A DNA stretch of 64,000 nt from Oopsacas minuta (Eukaryota; Animalia; Porifera): NCBI GenBank assembly GCA_024704765.1, contig JAKMXF010000319.1, positions 124,001 to 188,000 on the forward strand, read 5' to 3'. The stretch's first letter is position 1. Every line of letters begins with the position of its first letter. Below, piece by piece: positions 24,608-35,359 of the stretch. The position numbers and the translations under genes were made by a program. The notes under the pieces were generated by a model. The model saw only the letters and a list, made by a program, of their open reading frames with translations. It was not told where the DNA came from and made no database searches.

Positions 24608-27600
24608 CTACTTTGTAAAGTTACCAAACACTACCAGGTCTCCAGGTACATACGCCTGTATCATCTCAATGAGATTGTCATCTGGAAAGAGAATATTCTT
24701 AAGGGCAAACAGCGAGATAGAGGGGAATGTTTGATCAAAAAGCTTTTCAAACTGTGGGATTATCTGTTCTTTATATACTTTGAAAAATCCCTCCTTTAAA
24801 CGTTTTTCACTACCTGCGCAACTTTTTTGGTCGATGTCCGCAGTGAGTTCGACACCTAGTGGGCGTGAACTCGACAGTTGTAATAATTGATTTGGACCTG
24901 TTCCAATTACCTTGAATTCTAGGTTGGTTTTGAATTTCATTTGAACTTGAATGTAATAAGTTTTATAATTAATTTTGCTCCATTTATGGTTAATTCCGCT
25001 ATGGCGCTTTCCATATAGGAATGCAAATTTGGCATCCCTCTTGAAATCAATTATCATACTCATAGAGGAGTTCTTATCTCCATGAATAATTTTCATATTT
25101 TTGAGTTCAAATACAAATTCATCAGTAGGAAGTGCAATATATTTTTCGTAAAACGTAATAAGTTGGCCGGTTGACGTAGCATATGCATCAACACATTGAG
25201 GTTCAAATAAAACTTGTATTTCTCCTCCAGCAACAATAGAAGACCAAGGTTTGTCATCATTCAAATCTTCTATTGGTGGATCTGGTACAACTTTGAGTTT
25301 GTACTCCGCTGATTTCAACGTCGCTGGTAAAATATCAGAAAAGAGGATACGTGTGTTGATTATCAAAGAGCATTGAAACAAACTTGGAATTGGCTCTTTC
25401 AGGTGGAGATCTGGTGTCACTTGTGGGCTACCCGTAGTAGTGATGAATAGTTGTAGCATTTTTCTGTCTGTATTTGTAACGAAAACACGAAAGGTAAAGC
25501 TTGTTGGAGTAAGAGATTTTAGAAGGTCATAATCTTTGAAATCCAATGTTCCCAGCATATAAAACGCAGTACCACCTTTTAGGTTAGTAAAACACTTAGT
25601 CAAAGCCTGATCCATCAGAGGGTTTTCTGTATAGGAAATGAAACTTTGTGCAGAAAACGCACCCTTGTTCAGATACACTACAACTTGCTGCTGTAATGTG
25701 ATCTTACCATCAAATTTTCCAAGTGGAACATTTCCTTGGACGTAATATTCGTCCTCTTTCGTAATATCGAAGCTCTTCAAATTTACCCATTTATCACCAT
25801 CAAACATTTTGTACGTGTACTCACCAGATTCAATGAAAAATTTCACTTCTGCAGTATTTGAATTATTTAGGCAAAATTGGAGCCTTGGAGCAGCGAAATT
25901 GAACTCAAATATTGTTTGAAATTTATTATTTTGTATCAGTTGTTACAATTGACCCCTCATACAACCCTGTGCTTCGAAAGAATTCTGGATTATCCTTTCG
26001 ATTTTGGTACTGAATTTCAAAATTTTTGTTGATCTGTGCTTCATCCAAGGAGAACACTACATCAGTTCCAGCACATACTGAACTGTCAGACATCATTTTA
26101 AGTACATCGGGAATACTTACATCACCAGACTTAACATTGGGAATAGAATAGTCAGATTGCGAATCAGACATAAATGTAGCAGAACTTCCACCATATCTGA
26201 GGCTGATAGCACGTTGAATTCTTTCAAGTGGAGTAATGGCTCTTTCCAACAGCTGAGCATAGATATAGAATTTGAGTCTAATCGTTAGACTATTATCGAA
26301 CTGTAATCCTTCATTGTCTTTGACAGGAGGAAGACTGATCTTCCAGGTTGAGAATGGTGTGATATCTGAAATCATTCCTTTGAATGGATCCTCTTTGTAT
26401 GGAATAGAATCAATAACGATAGATTCCAATGGATTCAATTCTGGATCATGTTCCTTAGACTCATCGTAGTAGTGAGAGCTATAAGAGACGATCTGCGTTG
26501 GCTCGATATCTTCAATATTTTCGGTTCCAGTTACATTTTCAACACCTGGGTGCCTCCTGCCACGATTTATGGGCATCTTCTTTTCTTTTCCATTTAACAT
26601 CGCACCACTCCTATGGATTGGACCTTCGGAATTCGGGTCTAGTATCTCGGGTCTGTTTTCCACATTATTGAGTATAGTGTACATTCGTGGTAAAGTTTGA
26701 AATTCCAAGGGATTACCATTGAATCCACGGTCAAAGAATGGCCGACCTCCAAAATTGAGTTCACTATAGTATTTACCATTAACTTTTGGGCTGATACCGC
26801 CAACATCCCATCTCAGTTTCCAGACACGTACATAATTATACGCAGAAAACTCTCTAGCGGATAGAGGAATAACAAATTCATAGCTGTTATGATCGGTTAA
26901 ATCACTCGGCTTTACACCATGTATCTCATATATGATTGGTGTTTCGTGTAACTCTGGAGACGGCTGTACTTGTATACCTACATTGATACTCTGTGCTTGA
27001 GTTAAAATGGCAAGTTGTAAATTTATCATTGAGAATGAACATATTGGTGTAGGTGGTCTCAGATACTCATATTGCAGGGCGCGATCTTGTATGACAATGG
27101 TTGATGCCATAGTCATAAGCATTTGACGTTGAAATAAATACAATTGACCTGTCAAACCGACCAAATCAATGGCTTGGACGTCAAGCTCTTCAGGTTTTGC
27201 TTGAAGTTTTAGATGCAATTTTTCAAGGCGTTTCACCTGTTCTTCACTAATGCGTGTTCGGCTGGATAATGCTGATAATTCACTGAGCTGTGTTTGTAGC
27301 TGATTCTGAACTTGAAGTAATGCTTTGCCGCGTAGGACAAGAATTGCGAAAGCTGCTGAGAGTGAAATTTTCTCACTTACAGGAGGTCCAGTATTCAGAC
27401 AAGCATCCATTTCCACCTTCATTTCGTCCCACTCTAACGAGGTCATTTCCATATTTGATAAATCTTGGGAAAGAGCGTCAACAACATGTTGTGGGCTGCT
27501 AGGAAATTTGTCAAAAGCATCATAAGTTTTGATCAGCGCATTGAATACATTCACAGCCTTTTGAAGTTTTTGAGTTTTTGTTCCAAGCGATTCTAGAACT

Positions 27601-30274
27601 TTGATAGATGATAATGGAGTTGTAAATGTGAATCCCAAAGAAAATATATTTGCAGCTATGTTTAAGCACGCTCTAATAGTTTGCTCCTCTTGCCATCTTT
27701 TGACAGCTTCCTTATACTCAACGACCTGAACATTCACCTCTATTCTCTGTTTATCCAACATGTACTGACTATTTCCGGCTTTTTCTTTCAGCTTATCACA
27801 TAATTCCTTTTTCTCATTATACTCTGTTGTATACAACTGGCTCATACTCCTTTGGTATTCCTCCTGTGCTCTGATGTATCCTTCAATGAGTTGACCCGAT
27901 TTGATAATGTTTTCATTAATAGTCTTTTCGCTTTCTAAACGACGTTCTTCTTCCTTACGAGCACGGATCTGATTTTGAAAATCACGAATATTTGCTGTAA
28001 CTGTAGTGAGTAGGTTCTGAACAGAATTTATCGTATCTCTATAAGCATCATACTTAAGGTAGGGTATTGGCAACCCTGGACCTTGATTTCCATTAGCCAA
28101 TTTTGCGAGGTAAAGTGCTCTAGCTTTCAATGCAGCAATGCTTCCATCCTCCTCCACAGTTGTACTGGCTTCTCTTCCTAACCACAGAAGGAAATTACGC
28201 ATAACATTAAGACTCTGGTCTTCAACAGGAGAGAGAGCATTCTTAGAAAATAGATATCCAAGACGTGCCTCTGCAGAAATAAGGGAAAATTGTAAGTCAA
28301 TGAGATGCTCTACCAGTATACGAGAGGGAGGAGATGTTCTGATGTCACTTACTATTTCCACTCTTCCTTCTACTATTTCGTATAAAAGTCCATTCATAAC
28401 AACGAATGATTTGGTAGCATTGGGATTTGTAACAAGAAGTCCCCCGTAGAATTCTCCGCAAACAAAGTTTGACTTCATTTCCTTGAAAGCAGGTTCGCTT
28501 AGACTTAGATTCACGGTGTATTTTCCTCCATTTGGAATTGAAATGATGTAGCTGACAATAGTGACAAGTGAAGAACCAGGTACTTCAATTGTAACCTGAC
28601 GATCCTCTGGTATTGATTGAGGAATTTGTAGAGCATTACTGAATTCACTCCAAACATTGATTAGATTCGCAAAGTTGACATGTATCGAACCCAAATCGAT
28701 AATTTCTTTACAGAATGAAACAGTTGGTGTTGCAATGTTAGAGACGAGACCATCACCTCCGACAATGTCAGAGTCTTTATATATTTCATTTAGATCATAT
28801 GGACACTCATTGCTGAAGAAAGGTTCAACATTAGGACTCTTCCAGTACAGACAGTACAATGCACCTTTCAGCACCCTTCGCCAAATCAGTTTCCTGTAGT
28901 ATTCTGCGAATACATTAATTGATGTTAGTTTAACCTCAATCGCTGTATTCTTTCTGAACATTTTATTGAAGTCGATAGTGCCTGGTTTAAGTCGAGGTGT
29001 GAAAATACTGTTAGTTAATGCATATTTACTATCATACCATTTTCCTGCCTCTATTGATTCAGATAACTTATTATCTTGACTAGTGATGCATATTTTCGAT
29101 ATTCCACTTGTGTACCCATAAGGAGCATGTCGTGCGACAGTATATTGTGAAAAGCTAGTTGAAAATGGCTCATTAAGTAACAGTGGATTTTCTTCATAGA
29201 CCTTATTCAGATATCTAAAAGCTTCTTTTCCATACGAAAATACCTACAGATATCTCTTATCAAATGCCTGCTGTTGGAATCCGAACATTTTATGAAAACT
29301 AATACGTTTTAGTTGTTTGTGTTGTGTCGCTTGCGAACACTTCGTATCCGCCCTTAGGGACCATACGCATACCCATTGAAATATTCTGGAATAAACTATA
29401 TAATAATCCCAGGATGTGACCACATTTCCAGCAACGGCACCCAAAATATTATTTATAACTGCAGTAAAGGCAAAAAAGCCCAAATTCCAAGTACATTAAT
29501 TCAAGGCCCTAACTCAAAATGCCATAAACCACTTCCAACCCCGTTTCCGGCACTTTGGGTGCCGTTACTAGCACTGTAGCCAATTCCTTAATTCTATACT
29601 GAATCACAAACCTGAAATATGCTTTCCCCGACTTCTACGCTGGAAATGAAATGTGTGCCGAATGTATTGTAGAATTGGACATATCCTCTAGCTCCTTCTA
29701 GATTAACGTATGGTTCTTGTCTATGTAACTTTTGTAGCTTTCTTATAGCTTGCAATGCTTCTGGCGTCAGACAATCATCTCGTTCAATATTTCTGTATTC
29801 TCCAGTTTCATAATATGGATGTAGTGAGTCTCCTAGTATTCGAACCATACGAACCACAGCATAAGACTGATCTTCCTTCGTTAAATCCAACCCTATCTGC
29901 TCTGACATCTTACTGAGTGCTTGTTTTCGTGCTTCTTTGCTTATTCCTTCTAGAACGAGAGCACCTGTTGGCCATATAGCAATTCCACCTCCTTCACTCT
30001 TATGATCTTCGAATAATTCAGATCGGATCCTAACTTTAGTTATAGCTGTGACCAATTCTTCAGTTGTAGCATGTAGTGATATTGTAAGTCCAGACCATTT
30101 CGCTTTGATGTCAGGATTTCTCACTTGAATATCTGATTCATAGAGGGCAGGCTGTTTGGAAGGTTTCAGTGGGGATTCTTCAATCTGGTGAAAGTAGATG
30201 TTAGGCTTATAACCATCCAATAAGTTTGTAGAGAATCCAAGCTTTAGTGTACCTTCTTCTTCTTCCCAAATCAT
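24608..30274 (-). CDS. Large chimeric pore-forming-toxin-like protein: MACPF + coiled-coil/TcA-like region + TULIP/P47-like C-terminus; exons 30274-29612 and 29243-24608 with a frame break at ~25904-25946; 5' end uncertain
   Basis: MACPF start LKLGFSTNLLDG and signature FYNTFGTHFISSVEVG. Splice CAG|gtttgt ... tgtag|GTA gives GESIFQ|VFSYGK, in frame with ORF 25926..28961. ORF 24608..25846 is open upstream through the break and continues in the +1 frame. Confidence 0.75.
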
Positions 30275-32260
30275 GCTAATTTATCTACAGTAGATACATC
30301 ATACGTTTATATGTTATGGGCAGTATGAGAAATTGGCCATTATGCATAATGCCCAATTTCTCATACTACCCAAACATATATATTTTTTGATCGAGATATA
30401 ATAAGATATTTATATACTAGGAAACATCGGCGCCGAAAGTCCCTAAGATCAGGGGGGGGTACTTAATTGACTAGTATGGGTATAGCCTCCCACTTTCGGC
30501 GTTGATGCTTGTAATACCATCTTGTTCTTGCAAATCAGAGTGTTGGAATAAGGAAATTCATACAGTAGTTAATATACAAAGCAACAATACTCGTTGCTAT
30601 TCTGGCCACGAGGGGTATACCCTCCCTGATTTTTTCCTCAGTTAGGCAGGGTAATATCCCTGACTCCCCACTTTTGACACCTATTCAGTGAAATATGCAC
30701 AATTAAATTATATATCAAATTTACCAGTGTTCTTGTTCGACACTATTTTGAAACTTTTGTGAACAATTGGTTGCATATAACAATTCTCAGGAGAGTGTTG
30801 TCGCAAGGTTGAAACCGCTCGAACCGAATATCAGTAGTCATGAATAGTAACGTGAACGAAAACTGATATTTTTCGGTTTGGGCTAACTAATACCGAATAC
30901 TGATATTTGGTTGCAACCTTGGTTTGTTGCTTACTTTGTCTACTGCTGAAACGATCTCCTATATTATTTACAAGTAGGGCATTAGGTTCACAATCGTGAA
31001 ACAGAATCATGCAAATTTGCATATGTAGATTTGGAGTATGAAAATGTAGGCAGCAGACTGCATTGTCTACACATATAGCCAAATATATAATAATAATATT
31101 GCAACTTGATGCTTTCGTACAATGATTGAGTACATATTATATTACATGCATGGAGCACTTGCTGTAATGTGAAAGTAATTAGCTGATAATTCATTTCTCA
31201 GGGTGTTTGTGGGTGATATGAACATGGTCATATATCGCATTATCTAGAGCAGCAAGTGAGATTTTTAATTATGTTAATGACGAATATTTAGGGCAGCTTT
31301 ATGAAGAAGTAAATCTAGAACTAATAAGATCTGAATATTACCAACTTTGGAGTTAATTAAATACCAGGGTTGAAACCGAATACGGAACTGAATAGCAGTG
31401 CAGTCGAAATCAGGTTATTTTGTCCAAACGGGTGTTTAGTCGTCAAGTTTGTGTAAACATTGTTTATTCGAAATTCTAGGTAAAACAATCGGGTAATTTG
31501 TCTATCTGAGGGTGTAAACAATTGGAAATCTGTTTGACATATTTTGTCTCATAGTATATGTTAGTGATTTTTCAAAATACTGTATTAGTACATGCCCTTA
31601 TTACATACGGTTTCGACTGTATTTGGTACACGCATCTAATGGAAGACTGCATGTAATGAGAGTAACTCCTCTACAAACTGCTGGGAGAGAAACACTACCC
31701 TTGATATCAAGGGCACCGAACCATCTTCCATAATACATTCCTTAATATCATCTACCTGAAATAATATATCTTCAAATGCATCAGGATCAGAACTGGAGAA
31801 CCTACAAACCCAAATAATTTAGCATCCTTTATGAGAGATATATTTCTGCAATCACATCTTCTCACCTGGGATAATCTGAACTAACTTAAACAAGTGTAAT
31901 GGCTGAGCCAATTATTCGGTTGAAGCGGTTTCAGTCGTGGAAAAATATGCAAATATATTGTATAGATTATTAGGAGTTAGAAAAGAGATTATTCTCGGTA
32001 AATGAAAGCCTTTAGGCCTAACTTATGAATTTCTCAAACACATGGTTAGAAGATCATCAATACATTATCTTCGTTGCACAAGTAAAATTGAAATGCTTTA
32101 GTTAACAGCTTCTAGTTAACATCAAGTATCATTAATAATTCATTGAACTCTGGGTGAATGAGCTAAATAGACCTGTATATGTATATTTCTAAATTCTATA
32201 TGTACTGTTATGATTCAATACAAATAACTTTTTTTGATAAAAACTCGAGTAATAAAGACA

Positions 32261-32398
32261 ATGTCATGTATCACTCTTTCATGGATCATATCTGCTCTGT
32301 TGATCTTTCTTATCATATATTTTACATTAGTATACATTTTCGGAGTAATCCCAGTTGATTATGTGTTTCCGCTTCTTCCGAAAAAGAAAACAACTTGA
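32261..32398 (+). CDS. Candidate 45-aa single-TM microprotein with a C-terminal KKxx ER-retrieval motif
   Basis: MSCITLSWIISALLIFLIIYFTLVYIFGVIPVDYVFPLLPKKKTT*; too short for the ORF track (shortest ORFs listed are 60 aa). Confidence 0.45.
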   Translation: MSCITLSWIISALLIFLIIYFTLVYIFGVIPVDYVFPLLPKKKTT

Positions 32399-32965
32399 TG
32401 CGAAAGCAGTCTTTAATCCGACGTGAGACTATCTTTCCCCTTCAAAAGCAATTTGATAATTAATTAACAGTATAAGATATTTCTTTGTTGTTGATATACA
32501 AATTCGTAAATAATTACTACTGTTTAATTCAAAGTTCAGGATCGGTATACCCGATACGGTTGGTGCGGCGAGTACCATGCTACATTCAGAATCGTCCGGC
32601 GTTGACGAAGGTATTCCTTCTAACCTTCAGGGGGCAGTACAATTCAAAATTTCGGGGTATAACCCAAGATCACTGGCAATAATGTGATAAATTCGGGCAA
32701 ATATCCTGGCATTGAAATTTTTAAGAGAAAATTCAGGTTTGGTAAGGTCTAAAAATCCTTACCACATTTGAAAATTCTGGGAATAACCCCCTCCCCTCCC
32801 CCCGGTTTCTTAGAGGGAACACTGGTCGAGCATTTACGAAAACTGATGCAGTATCACTGGACCACATTAGAATTCTGTATAGAAATGGCAGTACCACTTT
32901 TCAAAGTGATGTTCCGCGCTTGCAAAGTGTTAATTAAAAACTGTAAACTTGGTTACAGAATACGT

Positions 32966-33779
32966 GACTACAGTATACCAGACTACAGTATACCAGACTA
33001 GACTACAGTATACCAGACTACAGTATACCAGACTACAGTATACCAGACTACAGTATACCAGACTACAGTATACCAGCTACAGTATACCAGACTACAGAGA
33101 CTACAGTATACCAGACTACAGTATACCAGACTACAGTATACCAGACTACAGTATACCAGACTACAGTATACCAGACTACAGTATACCAGACTACAGTATA
33201 CCAGACTACAGTATACCAGACTACAGTATACCAGACTACAGTATACCAGACTACAGTATACCAGACTACAGTATACCAGACTACAGTATACCAGACTACA
33301 GTATACCAGACTACAGTATACCAGACTACAGTATACCAGACTACAGTATACCAGACTACATTATACCAGACTACAGTATACCAGACTACAGTATACCAGA
33401 CTACAGTATACCAGACTACAGTATACCAGACTACATATACCAGACTACAGTATACCAGACTACAGTATACCAGACTACAGTATACCAGACTACAGTATAC
33501 CAGACTACAGTATACCAGACTACAGTATACCAGACTACAGTATACCAGACTACAGTATACCAGACTACAGTATACCAGACTACAGTATACCAGACTACAG
33601 TATACCAGACTACAGTATACCAGACTACAGTATACCAGACTACAGTATACCAGACTACAGTATACCAGACTACAGTATACCAGACTACAGTATACCAGAC
33701 TACAGTATACCAGACTACAGTATACCAGACTACAGTATACCAGACTACAGTATACCAGACTACAGTATACCAGACTACA
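32966..33779. repeat. 15-bp minisatellite (CCAGACTACAGTATA)n, about 54 near-perfect copies
   Basis: Directly visible; a few units carry small indels or substitutions (near 33000, 33076, 33100, 33361, 33437). Confidence 0.98.
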
Positions 33780-33987
33780 TTCTTAACTTTTGAATAAACT
33801 GTCAAAATTTGCTGAAATCTCGTTTTCCTCCAAAGCAGTATATCCAAGTAATGTTCCCAAAAGTTCATGCTAAAAACTTGAAATTTCATCAGGGGTGTAT
33901 TCCTAAGTATAAAAGTAAGGGAACACTCCAAAACACTGCCCCTTGTACTAATTTTGCGACCCTTATGTGGTATAATACGTGTATAAA

Positions 33988-34172
33988 ACAAAGGGAGGTT
34001 GATCTTACAAAATAATTCAATAATATCTAGTCATATTTGTATATTTGTGAATTACATTGTTCTGAATATATCTATATTATAATACTCAAAGGGACCGTCA
34101 ATTTGGAGGATAATTAATATCTCGAGGCGCAATGCGATGGATTCATCGCAAAGCGACTAGCCAAAGGCTCGT
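33988..34172 (+). repeat. Dispersed ~185-bp repeat with a terminal GC hairpin (Helitron-like end?), copy 1
   Basis: Alignable to 61749-61933 (shared ATATTTGTGAATTACATTGTTCT, ATAATACTCAAAGGG, CTCGAGGCGCAATGCG). Confidence 0.7.
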
Positions 34173-35359
34173 ATGCTTTATTTTCGAATCTCAAACAGAA
34201 ACGTGGATTATATTACAGTCACACAGCTACAGATTTACATGATGATGATATCGCATAGCAAATCAATATCTAATCTTAAGTATTAAGTTCTTCCAATATA
34301 ATATTTGTGATTACATGCTTTAAGATATCACTTACTTCAGACTAAATATTGGTGGCAATACACATTATTCACTCACTCACTCACTATAATTCAGCAACTA
34401 AATCCCTATTTATTTCTGAACAATCAAGATTGTCCAATTTAAGGGGTTAGTTTGAATAGTTACTAATGCTAACCAGGGGTAAAACTGTGAGATGGGGCAT
34501 TATCGGTAGTAACCTCGTGTGCCGGATTCCGGAAGACTTTGGAGGTTCCATATATGTATTATAGTTAAGGGAAATTCATTAATTGGATAGGCTTATGTTA
34601 GATTTGTAAGGTGAGCTAATTTTGGAGGAAGGCAACCTTATTGCATACTCACCTAGCATTAAAGGAGCGGGACCCCAGGTACGAGGTTCCAATTTTGAGG
34701 AGCGGTAGCTGAAGCACGCTCCATTTATAACTCAGGAGCGGAAGGTGGAGCACAGCTCCATTTTTGAAGGAGCACACATAATGGAGCACGCTCCTATATA
34801 TTTGCAAATAATTTACAAATTTTATCGTTGTTCTGCATAATATTAAATATTCTTGTTATAAAAAGTGGATGCTGGGACACTTTTGTATAATTCACAATTT
34901 ATTGAACTGGCTTGACGTTGTAATTTAGTAATTACCGAAGTACAAGGGTCAAATTCAATCCTAATTACTTAAAATACAAATCTAATGTAAATCTGAAAGA
35001 ATGAAAAGGAGCGCTCCATTTTTCCTGGAGGGGGAGCCATAGTGCACTTCGTTTATCAGTAAGGAGCGGAGGTAAGCGCAGCTCCTTTTCAGGGCGGGAG
35101 CGCTTAGTGCTCTGATACTCACCGGTCGCTTTTGCTATTATATAGGAGCTTGGTTAGATCACTTGACTATATCCGGGTGGTCCGAACCACCTTGGGCTCC
35201 ATATGACCGCCTATGCCTCTCTATAACAGCCATTATTGGCAAATTCCCTGTTAGATAGCCGCAATAGCTATGCAAGCTTGGCTGTAATTCAACATCAAAA
35301 CAAGCGCTCTATTTGGTTATGTTCCAACTTTCAATTGAATTATTCATATTCAGGTTTAG

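Noticed and set aside
24608-30274. Bacterial contamination or chimeric assembly as the source of the toxin-like gene
   Set aside because: A phase-correct GT-AG intron with a MACPF-consistent junction, host-type MITEs nearby and similar AT-rich composition favour a genuine host locus; read-level checks are still advisable.
32949-33991. ORFs of 282 aa (+) and 186 aa (-) with YSIPD, YQTTV and YTVVW repeats; also a possible CRISPR array
   Set aside because: By-products of the 15-bp minisatellite: units abut with no spacers, indel variants switch frame, and there are no cas genes in this eukaryotic context.
34680-35120. Cluster of GGAGCG/CGCTCC motifs
   Set aside because: Looks like subterminal repeats of a decayed MITE, but I could not define TIRs or a TSD.
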